Shown piece by piece: positions 10,038-19,710 of a stretch of DNA of 64,000 bases. Location of the stretch: positions 736,001 to 800,000 of the forward strand of contig CAWJSJ010000001.1 in assembly GCA_963845565.1 (NCBI GenBank). The letters are read 5' to 3'. The stretch's first letter is position 1. Each line of letters starts with the position of its first letter. The position numbers were made by a program, and so were the translations under genes. The notes under the pieces were generated by a model, which was not told where the DNA came from, made no database searches, and saw nothing but the letters and a program-made list of their open reading frames with translations. The stretch comes from an uncultured Methylomirabilota bacterium. GTDB taxonomy: Bacteria; Methylomirabilota; Methylomirabilia; Methylomirabilales; 2-02-FULL-66-22.

Positions 10038-11009
10038 ATGGACTTTCCGCTGCTGATCGCCATTTTTCCGCAGGTCGTCCTGGATGGACTCATCCTGGGC
10101 TTCATGTACGCCCTGATCGCCTTGGGCTACACGATGGTCTACGGGGTGTTGGAGTTCATCAATTTCGCCCATAGCGAGATCTTCATCTTCGGGGCGTTCG
10201 TCGGGGTCGAGATCCTGCTGGGCCTCAAGGCATTCGGCGTGCTGGGGAGTCTGTCGCCGTTCCTGGTCCTGGTGTTGCTGCTCATCGCCGGGATGGCGGC
10301 GAGCGCGCTCCTGGCCGTGGTGGTCGAGCGGGTGGCCTACCGCCCGCTGCGGGGCGCGCCGCGGCTGGTTCCGCTCATCTCGGCGATCGGCGTCTCGTTT
10401 TTCCTTCAGGATGCCATCCGACTCGTCGAGAGCGTCTGGAACAACGCGTTCAATCTCGTCTATCCAACCATGCCGCAATTGAACGTCCGATACAACATCA
10501 CCGAGGCCATCGACGTGCCGATGAAGTCGCTCGTGGTGATCGTCAGCGCGCTCCTGATGCTCTGGTGTTTGCACTTGATCGTCAACAAGACAAAGGTCGG
10601 AAAGGCGATCCGGGCCGTCGCCGAGGATCAGCCCACCGCCAGCCTGATGGGGATCAACGTCAACCGGATCATCTCACTGACATTTTTGATCGGGGGCGCC
10701 ATGGGGGGTGCGGCGGGCGTTCTCTTCGGCGTGCAGTACAGCCTGATCAATCCGTACTCCGGTTTCATCCCGGGTCTCAAGGCGTTCACGGCGGCGGTCC
10801 TCGGGGGGATCGGCAACATCCCCGGCGCGATGATGGGCGGCCTCGTGCTGGGTTTGCTGGAGGCCTTCGCGGCGTCGTATCTCTCGCTGCTGACGGGGGG
10901 GGCGTTTGGCGCGGAGTACAAGGACATCTTTGCCTTCTCCGTTCTGATCCTGATCCTGATCTTCCGTCCCAAGGGCCTCCTGGGAGAGGTCGTGAGGGAG
11001 CGCGCGTAA
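10038..11009 (+). CDS. livH: Branched-chain amino acid ABC permease
   Basis: YALIALGYTMVYG..INFAH and KAFTAAVLGGIGNIPGA. Confidence 0.92.
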   Translation: MDFPLLIAIFPQVVLDGLILGFMYALIALGYTMVYGVLEFINFAHSEIFIFGAFVGVEILLGLKAFGVLGSLSPFLVLVLLLIAGMAASALLAVVVERVAYRPLRGAPRLVPLISAIGVSFFLQDAIRLVESVWNNAFNLVYPTMPQLNVRYNITEAIDVPMKSLVVIVSALLMLWCLHLIVNKTKVGKAIRAVAEDQPTASLMGINVNRIISLTFLIGGAMGGAAGVLFGVQYSLINPYSGFIPGLKAFTAAVLGGIGNIPGAMMGGLVLGLLEAFAASYLSLLTGGAFGAEYKDIFAFSVLILILIFRPKGLLGEVVRERA

Positions 11010-12284
11010 GTGAGCTGGCTCAGCGCCATCCTCAATCGTCCCTGGTCCGCCACCGTCCTCGTCGTGGCGGTCCTCGGCCTGTCGTGTGTCGCGGTGGCGA
11101 GCAGCCCCCGATCCGTCCTGGCGTTCCTCTTGTTCCAGACGTCAATCCTGCTGATCTATCTCGCGCGCATCCCGCGCTGGTGGAAGCTATCCCTGGGCGT
11201 CCTCACCCTGGGCGTCCTCATGCCGATCCTCGGGACCATCAACGGGTATTACATGGAGGTGGCCACCCAGGTCGGCATCTTCGTCGCGCTGGCCCTGGGC
11301 CTGAACATCGTGGTGGGCCTGGCCGGATTGCTCGACCTCGGGTACGTCGCCTTTTATGCGGTGGGCGCCTACTCGTGGGCGATCTTCGGCTCCCCGCAAG
11401 CCGAGAAATTCGTGTCCGAAGCGATCATGAGCTTCCCTTTGTCGGGTGGGTGGTTCTTCGTTTTCCTGATTGTCGGCGTGGTCGTCTCGGCGACCACCGG
11501 CATCCTGCTCGGCCTGCCCGTCCTGCGGCTGCGGGGCGACTATCTGGCGGTCGTTACCCTGGGCTTCGGTGAGGTGATCCGCGTCCTCGCCAACAACCTG
11601 GACAAGCCCATCAACCTCACCAACGGTCCGCAGGGGATTACCCCGATCGTACGTCCCCCCCTGTTCTTCCAGCCGCTCTTGCACGCGGTCGGGATCGAGG
11701 CCTCGCCGTCGGCGCTGTACCCCCTGTACTTTTATTTCTTGGTCTTGCTGATCGTCATGGTGGTCATCCTGGTCAACCGACGACTGGAGGATTCCCACAT
11801 CGGTCGGGCCTGGGAGGCGATTCGCGAGGATGAGATGGCCGCCATCAGCATGGGGGTCCCCCTGGTGCGCATGAAGCTCCTGGCCTTTGCCTGCGGAGCC
11901 TCGTTCGCCGGCGCGATGGGGGTCGTGTTCAGCGCCAAGCAGGTGTTCATCAATCCCGAGTCGTTCACCTTCCTCGAATCGATCGGGGTGCTCTCGATGG
12001 TGATCCTCGGCGGGATGGGGTCGATTCCTGGGGCCATCCTGGGGGCGACGGCCGTGACGGTGCTCAACCTCCAGGTGCTGAAAGGATTCTCGCTCTGGCT
12101 CAACGAGCTTCGGAACGCGGGCGTGACCATCCTGGGCTACAACCTGGCCCATCTCCCGACGCAGCTCGAGCCGGCCAAGTACGAACGCATGATCTTCGGG
12201 GTCATCCTCATCCTGATGATGATCTACCGTCCGCAGGGGATCCTTCCCGCCCGGCGGCGGAGCCGCGAGTTGGGGGACGGGTAG
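11010..12284 (+). CDS. livM: Branched-chain amino acid ABC permease
   Basis: GLNIVVGLAGLLDLG, LRGDYLAVVTLGFGE and GRAWEAIREDE. Confidence 0.92.
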   Translation: MSWLSAILNRPWSATVLVVAVLGLSCVAVASSPRSVLAFLLFQTSILLIYLARIPRWWKLSLGVLTLGVLMPILGTINGYYMEVATQVGIFVALALGLNIVVGLAGLLDLGYVAFYAVGAYSWAIFGSPQAEKFVSEAIMSFPLSGGWFFVFLIVGVVVSATTGILLGLPVLRLRGDYLAVVTLGFGEVIRVLANNLDKPINLTNGPQGITPIVRPPLFFQPLLHAVGIEASPSALYPLYFYFLVLLIVMVVILVNRRLEDSHIGRAWEAIREDEMAAISMGVPLVRMKLLAFACGASFAGAMGVVFSAKQVFINPESFTFLESIGVLSMVILGGMGSIPGAILGATAVTVLNLQVLKGFSLWLNELRNAGVTILGYNLAHLPTQLEPAKYERMIFGVILILMMIYRPQGILPARRRSRELGDG

Positions 12285-13082
12285 ATGGGCGTTCTCCTCA
12301 CGGTGGAAGGGGTCACCAAGCGCTTTGGCGGACTGACGGCCCTTGCGGGCGTGAACCTGTCGCTCGAGGAAGGGACGATCAGCTCGGTGATCGGGCCGAA
12401 TGGCGCCGGCAAGACCACGCTGTTCAACGTCCTCACGGGCGTCTATCAGTCCGACGGCGGACAGATCACCTTTCGGGGCCAGTCGTTGCGGGGGCTGCGA
12501 CCGGACCAGATCACGGCCCTGGGGATGTGCCGTACCTTCCAGAACATCCGCCTGTTTGCCAACATGACCGTCGTCGAGAACGTTCTGGTCGGCATGCACA
12601 GCCGCGTCCCGCTCTCCCTGGTCGACGTGCTGCGCCGGACCCAACGATTTCACCGGGAGGAGGGCCAGCTCTGGAGCCGGGCATCGAGACTCCTCGAGGT
12701 GGTCGGCCTCCGCGCCAAGGCGAACGAGGTCGCCAAGAACCTGCCCTACGGCGAGCAGCGTCGATTGGAACTCGCGCGCGCGCTGGCCTCGACGCCCACC
12801 CTCCTTCTCCTCGACGAGCCGACGGCCGGGATGACCCAGGGAGAGGCGCGGAGCCTGATGGCGCTGCTCCGACGACTGATCGCAGAGTATCGGCTGACAA
12901 TCCTCCTGATCGAGCACAACATGCGCGTAGTCATGGGGGTGTCGGATCGCGTGACGGTGCTGGACTACGGCGAGAAGATCGCCGAAGGAGAACCCGCCGC
13001 CGTCCAGAAAGACCCCCGGGTCATCGAGGCGTATCTGGGGCGAAAGCGCTGGGGGGCCAAGGCGGGAGAGGCCCATGCTTGA
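12285..13082 (+). CDS. livG: Branched-chain amino acid ABC ATPase
   Basis: GPNGAGKT, RTFQNIRLF, LPYGEQRRLE and LLDEP. Confidence 0.93.
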   Translation: MGVLLTVEGVTKRFGGLTALAGVNLSLEEGTISSVIGPNGAGKTTLFNVLTGVYQSDGGQITFRGQSLRGLRPDQITALGMCRTFQNIRLFANMTVVENVLVGMHSRVPLSLVDVLRRTQRFHREEGQLWSRASRLLEVVGLRAKANEVAKNLPYGEQRRLELARALASTPTLLLLDEPTAGMTQGEARSLMALLRRLIAEYRLTILLIEHNMRVVMGVSDRVTVLDYGEKIAEGEPAAVQKDPRVIEAYLGRKRWGAKAGEAHA

Positions 13083-13782
13083 GATAGAAGATCTCCACGT
13101 CTATTACGGGGAGATCCACGCCCTCAAGGGGATCTCGCTCCGCGTGGCGCAAGGAGAGATCGTGGCCCTGCTCGGCAACAACGGGGCCGGCAAGACGACG
13201 ACGCTGAAGACGATTTCGGGGCTGCTCCGTCCGCGCACCGGCCACGTGCTCCTCGAAGGGCGTCCCATCCACCAGCTGGCTCCGCACGAGATCGTGGCGC
13301 GCGGCGTGGCGCAGTCACCGGAAGGCCGAAAGATCTTCAACCGGCTGACGGTGACCGAGAATTTGGATATGGGGGCGTACCTGCGCAACGATGCCGCCAT
13401 TCGACGGGACATGGACCACATTTTCGAGCTGTTTCCGCGCTTGCGGGAGCGCCGGCAGCAGACGGCGGGCACACTCTCGGGTGGGGAGCAGCAGATGCTG
13501 GCGATGGGTCGCGCGTTGATGGCGCGGCCACGGATCCTCTTGTTGGACGAACCGTCCATGGGCCTGGCGCCCATCTTGGTAGAACAGATCTTCGAGACCG
13601 TGGCCGACATCAACCGACAGGGGACGACCATTCTGCTGGTGGAGCAGAATGCCGCCATCGCCTTGTCGGTCGCCCATCGCGGGTACGTCTTGGAGACGGG
13701 GAGCATCGCGCTGACGGGCGGGGCAGCCGAGCTTTCCGAGCACCCCGAGGTCCAGCGGGCGTACCTCGGGGAGACGGCGTAA
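13075..13782 (+). CDS. livF: Branched-chain amino acid ABC ATPase
   Basis: GNNGAGKT, LSGGEQQMLA and LLDEPSMGLAP. Confidence 0.93.
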   Translation: MLEIEDLHVYYGEIHALKGISLRVAQGEIVALLGNNGAGKTTTLKTISGLLRPRTGHVLLEGRPIHQLAPHEIVARGVAQSPEGRKIFNRLTVTENLDMGAYLRNDAAIRRDMDHIFELFPRLRERRQQTAGTLSGGEQQMLAMGRALMARPRILLLDEPSMGLAPILVEQIFETVADINRQGTTILLVEQNAAIALSVAHRGYVLETGSIALTGGAAELSEHPEVQRAYLGETA

Positions 13783-13788
13783 TCACCG

Positions 13789-14952
13789 ATGCGAGGGCTG
13801 TGGCTCTCCCTCCTGTTGATGTGGGCCCACCCGGTGGAGGCGGGGGAACTCGTTCCGATACGGCTGGGACTGGTCGTCCCCATGGCAAGCGAGGCCGGGC
13901 CCGTGGCGCAGAGCATGCATCACGCCGCCGAGATGGCGATTCTCGATCGCGGCACCGTCCTCGGGCGCCCGGTCGCGCTCCGTGTGCAGGACGATCCGTT
14001 CGACCCCAAGCAGGCTACGGTCACCGCCGAGCGGTTCGTGCTGGAGGGGGTCTGGGGCGTGGTCGGCCACTTCTATTCCAGCTCTTCGGTCCCGGCCTCC
14101 GCGATCTACCACCAGGCGGGTATTCCCATGGTCACCGCGACCGCGACGCACCCGCGTCTGACAGCGCAGGGGTTCGGGAACGTATTTCGAGTGGCGGGGC
14201 GGGACGACCAGCAGGCGGTCACCGCGGCCGAGTGGATCGTGACGCGCGCCAAGGCCCGTCGGATCGCGATCGTGCACGATCGGACGGAATACGGCCAGGG
14301 GCTGGCGGACGCGCTCCGGCGCGAGATCGAGCGGCGGCCGCCGCGGCGCGTGGTGGCGATCGAGACGCTGGCGCAGGGCGATAAGGACTTCACGGCGCAA
14401 GTCGGTCGAGTGCGAGCCAGCCGTCCGGACGTCGTCTACTTCGGGGGCATCTTTCGTGAAGCCGCATATCTGCTCCGGCAGTTGCGCCAGGCCGGGGTGT
14501 CGGCGACCTTCGTGAGTGGGGACGCGGTCCTGGATCCCGAGTTCGTGAAGCTGGCCGGCGACGACGTCGCGGCCGGAGCGTATCTGACCTTCGCCCCCGA
14601 CCCGCGCCTGCGGGATTCCGCGCGCCCGGTGATTCAGCGGTACGAATCGCGGTACGGAACCCTCGGCCCCTACGTGCTCTACGTCTACGACGCCGTGGGG
14701 GTCCTGCTTCGTGCCATCCAGACCGGCAGGCCGACCGACGGCAGTCCCGACGAGCTACGCAAAGTGGCGCGAGCGATCCGGGGTCACGCCTACCCGGGCG
14801 CGCTGGGGACGCTCCGCTGGGACGCGCATGGCGACCTGGCAGCGTCTCCGTACGTGATGTACGTGGTCCGGCAGGGTGGCGCCGTTCAGGGCTGGTTCGA
14901 GCAAGTGCCGGCCACCGGCCCGCCCCCCGCGGCGAAACCGCCGCAGCGCTAG
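13789..14952 (+). CDS. Second Leu/Ile/Val-binding-protein-family SBP
   Basis: Signal peptide, GHFYSS, RVAGRDDQQ and HDRTEYG. Confidence 0.85.
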   Translation: MRGLWLSLLLMWAHPVEAGELVPIRLGLVVPMASEAGPVAQSMHHAAEMAILDRGTVLGRPVALRVQDDPFDPKQATVTAERFVLEGVWGVVGHFYSSSSVPASAIYHQAGIPMVTATATHPRLTAQGFGNVFRVAGRDDQQAVTAAEWIVTRAKARRIAIVHDRTEYGQGLADALRREIERRPPRRVVAIETLAQGDKDFTAQVGRVRASRPDVVYFGGIFREAAYLLRQLRQAGVSATFVSGDAVLDPEFVKLAGDDVAAGAYLTFAPDPRLRDSARPVIQRYESRYGTLGPYVLYVYDAVGVLLRAIQTGRPTDGSPDELRKVARAIRGHAYPGALGTLRWDAHGDLAASPYVMYVVRQGGAVQGWFEQVPATGPPPAAKPPQR

Positions 14953-15000
14953 AATTCGGTTGGGCTCACCGACCCGCGTCGCCGAGGAAGGAGATCCGTC

Positions 15001-15642
15001 GTGAAGACTCGCACCGTTGTCGTGGATCCCAAGACGCCGCAGACCGAGGTCGTCCAGCAGGCGGTGGAGGCGCTGCGCCGCGGAGGACTCGTCGCGTTTC
15101 CCACCGATACGCTGTACGCCCTGGGCGCGGACGCCTTGGCTGCCGATGCCATCGAGCGCGTTCTGATGGTGAAGGGGCGCCATCGTGGAAAGCCCCTGAG
15201 TATCCTGGTCCCGTCGGTGGAGGCCATCGTGGCGCTCGGCGTCTCGCTGGGCGACGGTGTCCGCGGTCTGATGGAGGCCTTTTGGCCAGGACCGCTGACG
15301 GTGGTCGTCAAGGCCCCCGGGCGGTTCCCAGCCACGCTCACGGCGGCCACCGGCACCATCGGCCTGCGGATCCCGGGCGGTGCCGTGGCGCAGTCGATTC
15401 TGACGGCATTCGGCGGTCCCATCATCGGGACCAGCGCCAACAAAGCGGGCGGGGCCGATCCTGCGGATGCCAAGACCGTCCAGCGAGCCGTCGGCGGTCA
15501 GATCGATCTGATTCTCGACGGAGGACGCGTCGCCCTGGGCGTGCCCTCGACGGTCATCGATTGCAGCGTGGAGCCCGCCCGGCTCCTCCGGGAAGGCGCC
15601 GTTCCCCGCGCCACGCTGGCCGCCAAGATCGCCCTTGCCTGA
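15001..15642 (+). CDS. tsaC: L-threonylcarbamoyladenylate synthase (YrdC/Sua5 domain)
   Basis: FPTDTLYALG, KGR..KPL, FWPGPLT, TSAN and PSTVID. Confidence 0.92.
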   Translation: MKTRTVVVDPKTPQTEVVQQAVEALRRGGLVAFPTDTLYALGADALAADAIERVLMVKGRHRGKPLSILVPSVEAIVALGVSLGDGVRGLMEAFWPGPLTVVVKAPGRFPATLTAATGTIGLRIPGGAVAQSILTAFGGPIIGTSANKAGGADPADAKTVQRAVGGQIDLILDGGRVALGVPSTVIDCSVEPARLLREGAVPRATLAAKIALA

Positions 15643-17089
15643 CTCGGCCGATCCTGCGGATGACAGGACCCCTCTCGCCGCTGACCCCGTTGCGCCGGAA
15701 ACACCGCGGAGGCAACGGTGGTGGACGCTCGTCTGCGTCAGCTTCGGCGCCTTCATGGCGCCGCTCGACTCCAGTATCATTCACACAACCCTGCCGCTGA
15801 TCGCGCGGGAGTTCCGCGTCGACGTGCTGCGCATCGAATGGGTGGTCCTCGCCTATCTGCTGACGCTCAGCAGTCTCCTCTTGATCGGTGGGCGGCTCGG
15901 AGACCGGCTGGGCGAGCGGCCACTGTTTGTCGGCGGATTCGCGCTGTTCACGGTCGGTTCGCTGCTCTGTGGTCTGGCCCAAGGCGTCGGCACGCTGATC
16001 GTTTCCAGGGTGGCGCAGGCCGCGGGGGGCTCCCTGCTGATCGCCCTCGGGCCTGCCATGCTGACGCGAGCCTTCCCAGCCTCCCAGCGGGGCCGTGTCC
16101 TGGGCGTTCAGGCATCCGTCGTGTATCTCGGCCTCACAATCGGGCCGGGGCTGGGCGGGTTGATCGCCTCCAGCTTCGGCTGGCGGTGGGTGTTCCTCGT
16201 CAATTTGCCGATCGGGCTGGCCGCCATCGGGACCGCCTTGGCCGTCCTGCAGGACGGCCCGGGTCGCACCCGGCGAGACCCGTTCGACTTGGCGGGCGCT
16301 TGCCTGTTCGCCGCCGGCCTCGTGGCGTTCGTTTTCGCGATCTCGCGGGGAGCGGAGATCGGCTGGAACGCCGCAGCTCCTCGGATCGCCGCCCTGAGCG
16401 CCGCCGCGGCGGCCGCGACGTTTGTCGCGAGAGCGCTTCGCCACCCCCACCCCTTCTTGGACCTTCGGCTCTTTCGGCACCGCCTGTTCGCGGCGGCGAC
16501 GCTGAGCGCGCTCTGCAACTACATGGCGAGTGCCACCACAGCCTTCCTGACCCCCTTCTACCTGATTCGCGGAAACCATCTGACGCCGGATCGCGCCGGG
16601 GCGCTGCTCATGACGATGCCCCTCACCATGGCGCTGGTGGCTCCACTCAGCGGCTGGCTCTCCGATCGGATCGGTTCGCGCCTTCCCACCGTCGCGGGGA
16701 TGATCTGCGTGGCGGCCGGCATGTGGATGCTCGGCGGTTCGGGCCCGGCGCCCCGCGAGGCCGAGGTAGCTCTCCGCCTCGCCGTCGTCGGCCTGGGGGT
16801 CGGCCTGTTCACCTCGCCCAACAACAGCGCGATCATGGGCGCCGTCCCTCAGGCGCTCCAGGGGCTGGCGAGCGGTTTGGTGGCGACTGCCCGAACGCTG
16901 GGAATGATCTTGGGCGTGACCGTCTCGGGAGCGCTCTTCGGTGCGGGAATTCAGCGGCTCTTGCCCGGGACCGGACAGGATGCGGTGGCGGTGGTGCAGG
17001 CCTACGGGCACGCGATGCGGATCGTGGCCGCCGTGGCCGCGGCGGGCGCCCTCGCGAGCCTCGTGCGAGGCCGCAGGAACGCGGCCTAG
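15635..17089 (+). CDS. MFS transporter, DHA2/EmrB-QacA type
   Basis: LDSSI, GRLGDRLG, WRWVFLVNLPIG and about 14 hydrophobic segments. Confidence 0.88.
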   Translation: MPDSADPADDRTPLAADPVAPETPRRQRWWTLVCVSFGAFMAPLDSSIIHTTLPLIAREFRVDVLRIEWVVLAYLLTLSSLLLIGGRLGDRLGERPLFVGGFALFTVGSLLCGLAQGVGTLIVSRVAQAAGGSLLIALGPAMLTRAFPASQRGRVLGVQASVVYLGLTIGPGLGGLIASSFGWRWVFLVNLPIGLAAIGTALAVLQDGPGRTRRDPFDLAGACLFAAGLVAFVFAISRGAEIGWNAAAPRIAALSAAAAAATFVARALRHPHPFLDLRLFRHRLFAAATLSALCNYMASATTAFLTPFYLIRGNHLTPDRAGALLMTMPLTMALVAPLSGWLSDRIGSRLPTVAGMICVAAGMWMLGGSGPAPREAEVALRLAVVGLGVGLFTSPNNSAIMGAVPQALQGLASGLVATARTLGMILGVTVSGALFGAGIQRLLPGTGQDAVAVVQAYGHAMRIVAAVAAAGALASLVRGRRNAA

Positions 17090-17197
17090 CCCGCCCGGCG
17101 CGATGTCGCCGGACCGAGATACCGCTTGAACCGGCGAAAATTGACGTGCTACACTCCCACCAGACGTGACTATAGCGCAGCGCAGATAGGCGACGGC

Positions 17198-19363
17198 ATG
17201 CGGATCGAAGGCGTCCTGGACGGCATTCACGAGTATCACCCGCAGGCGGACGTGGAGCCGGTCATGCGGGCCTATGTATTTGCCGCCAAAGCCCACAAGG
17301 GGCAAGAGCGCATCTCGGGCGAACCCTACCTCACGCACCCCCTCGAAGTGGCCGGCATCCTCACCGAGCTCCGCCTGGATACCGGCACCATCGCGGCCGG
17401 CCTGCTCCACGACGCGGTGGAAGACACCCACGCCACGCTGGCCGAAATCAAGGAGTTCTTCGGCCCCGAGGTGGCGGCGGTGGTAGATGGCGTGACCAAG
17501 CTTTCCCGGATTCCTTTCAGCACACGGGAAGAGGCGCAAGCCGAGAACATCCGAAAGATGATCCTGGCGATGTCCAAGGACATCCGAGTGATTCTCGTCA
17601 AGCTGGCGGACCGCTTGCACAACATGCGGACCCTGGACCCGCTGCCGGACGCCAAACGGCGCCTGATCGCCCAGGAGACGCTGGACATCTACGCCCCCCT
17701 GGCACACCGACTGGGGATCTCATGGATCAAGGCCGAACTGGAAGACCTGGCGTTGCGGCACCTCGATCCGCAAGCCTATCACGACCTGGCGGCGCTGATC
17801 GCACGCAAGCGTCAAGAGCGCGAGGGGGACATCAACGAAGCGATCCGCCTCCTCGAAGGCAAGCTTGCGGAAGTGGACGTCAAGGCGCAGATCACCGGCC
17901 GCCCGAAGCACTTCTACAGCATTTACAAGAAGATGCACGATCAAAAGAAGGAGTTCGACGAGATCTACGATCTGACCGCGGTCCGGGTCATCACCAGCTC
18001 CCTCAAGGACTGCTACGGAACCCTGGGCGTCATCCATACCCTCTGGAAACCCATCTCGCACCGCTTCAAGGATTTCATCGCGGTCCCCAAGAGCAATGGC
18101 TATCAGTCGCTCCACACCACCGTCATCGGTCCGAAGGGGGATCCGGTGGAGATCCAGATCCGGACCCGGGAGATGCACCGGGTGGCGGAGGAGGGGATCG
18201 CGGCGCACTGGAAGTACAAAGAAGGTAAGAGTAGCGTCGATCCCAGCGACCAGAGCTTCGTCTGGCTGCGGCAACTCATGGAGTGGCAGCGTGAACTGAA
18301 GGACTCGAAGGAGTTTCTGGATACCCTGCGCGTCGACCTGTTCCCCGACGAGGTCTACGTGTTCACGCCCCGGGGAGACGTCCGGCAGTTTCCCAAAGGC
18401 GCCACCCCCATCGATTTTGCCTTTGCCATCCACACCGATGTCGGCCTGCGCTGCGTGGGGGCCAAGATCAGTGGGCGGCTGGTGCCGCTCCGGACAGAAC
18501 TGCAGAACGGTGACATCGTCGAGATCGTCACCTCCCCCAACCATGTGCCCAGCAAGGACTGGCTGAAGATCGTCAAGACGCCGCGGGCCCGCAGCAAGGT
18601 CCGGCAGTGGATCAAGAACGAGGAGCGGACGCGAAGCATCAGTCTTGGCCGCGACCTGCTGGATAAAGAGATCCGGCGGCTAGGGAAGAGTCCGAACCAG
18701 CTTCTCCGGCCGGAGGCCTTGGCGCTGGCGCTGGAGCGGTACGGCTTTGCGACGGACGAAGAGCTCTTTGCGGCCTTGGGTTATGGCAAGGTGTCTCCCC
18801 GACAGGCGGTCAGTCGCCTCCTTCCGCCGGAGGAATTCCAGGCGCTGACCGAGGCGGAGGAGACTCGGGAGAAAAAGGGCGAGCGGAAGCCCATCCGCCC
18901 GCGGCCGGCCGAGGAGGGGGTGCGCATTCGGGGGGTCGACGACATTCTAGTGCGGTTCTCCAAATGCTGCAGCCCGGTACCCGGGGATGAGATCATCGGT
19001 TTCATCACCCGCGGTCGGGGTGTATCGGTCCACACCGCGGATTGCCCCAACGCCGTGAGCTTGATGGCGGATCCCGAACGACAGATCGCCGTGAGCTGGG
19101 ACGGGAAGCAGAAGGATCCCCATCAAGTCAAGATCCGGGTCGAGATCGGCAAGGACCGACAGGGCATCCTGGCGGAGATCACAACGGCCATCTCCAGCAC
19201 CAACGCGAATATCACCCAGGCCGACATCCGCGTGACGGAAGCAGGCATGGGCGTGAACAACTTCGTCCTGGAAGTCAGCGACCTCCGGCAGCTTCAGGCC
19301 ACGATGCAGGCTATCCGGAAGGTGGATGGGGTAGTGGGGGTCGAGCGGATGAGGTCCTTCTAG
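17198..19363 (+). CDS. rel: Bifunctional (p)ppGpp synthetase/hydrolase (long RSH)
   Basis: HD domain LLHDAVED, KLADRLHNMRT, NGYQSLHT, EIQIRT, TGS domain, CCSPVPGD and C-terminal ACT. Confidence 0.96.
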   Translation: MRIEGVLDGIHEYHPQADVEPVMRAYVFAAKAHKGQERISGEPYLTHPLEVAGILTELRLDTGTIAAGLLHDAVEDTHATLAEIKEFFGPEVAAVVDGVTKLSRIPFSTREEAQAENIRKMILAMSKDIRVILVKLADRLHNMRTLDPLPDAKRRLIAQETLDIYAPLAHRLGISWIKAELEDLALRHLDPQAYHDLAALIARKRQEREGDINEAIRLLEGKLAEVDVKAQITGRPKHFYSIYKKMHDQKKEFDEIYDLTAVRVITSSLKDCYGTLGVIHTLWKPISHRFKDFIAVPKSNGYQSLHTTVIGPKGDPVEIQIRTREMHRVAEEGIAAHWKYKEGKSSVDPSDQSFVWLRQLMEWQRELKDSKEFLDTLRVDLFPDEVYVFTPRGDVRQFPKGATPIDFAFAIHTDVGLRCVGAKISGRLVPLRTELQNGDIVEIVTSPNHVPSKDWLKIVKTPRARSKVRQWIKNEERTRSISLGRDLLDKEIRRLGKSPNQLLRPEALALALERYGFATDEELFAALGYGKVSPRQAVSRLLPPEEFQALTEAEETREKKGERKPIRPRPAEEGVRIRGVDDILVRFSKCCSPVPGDEIIGFITRGRGVSVHTADCPNAVSLMADPERQIAVSWDGKQKDPHQVKIRVEIGKDRQGILAEITTAISSTNANITQADIRVTEAGMGVNNFVLEVSDLRQLQATMQAIRKVDGVVGVERMRSF

Positions 19364-19374
19364 GGCGGGGATTT

Positions 19375-19449
19375 GGCAATCAGGCGATTCGGCAGTCAGG
19401 GTCGCTTCGGAGTTCCCAAGTACCTAATCGCCCGGTTGCCGAATTGCCG
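19375..19449. repeat. Octamer-period inverted repeat between the convergent rel and rpmB genes
   Basis: GGCAATCA-GGCGATTC-GGCAGTCA ... AATCGCCC-GGTTGCCG-AATTGCCG. Confidence 0.6.
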
Positions 19450-19460
19450 TTCGCGATGAT

Positions 19461-19655
19461 CTAGGCGGTCTTCTGGACCTTGCCGGAGCGGATGCACCGC
19501 GTGCACACATGGATGACCCGGGGCGCCCCGTTCACCATGGCCCGGACGCGCTGGACGTTGGGGTAGCGCCGCTTGGCGGAGACGTTGTGGGCGTGGCTGA
19601 TTTGGGAACCGGACTGCGGGCCCTTCCCGCAGATCTCGCATCGCGTGGCCGGCAT
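19461..19655 (-). CDS. rpmB: 50S ribosomal protein L28 (zinc-ribbon form)
   Basis: RCEICGKGP..ISHAHN..RRYPNVQ..VCTRCIRSGKV. Confidence 0.95.
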   Translation of the reverse strand: MPATRCEICGKGPQSGSQISHAHNVSAKRRYPNVQRVRAMVNGAPRVIHVCTRCIRSGKVQKTA

Positions 19656-19710
19656 GAACCTTTCTCCCTTCAGACGGATGTGCGTCAAAACTCTGGCGCG
19701 GATACCTTGA

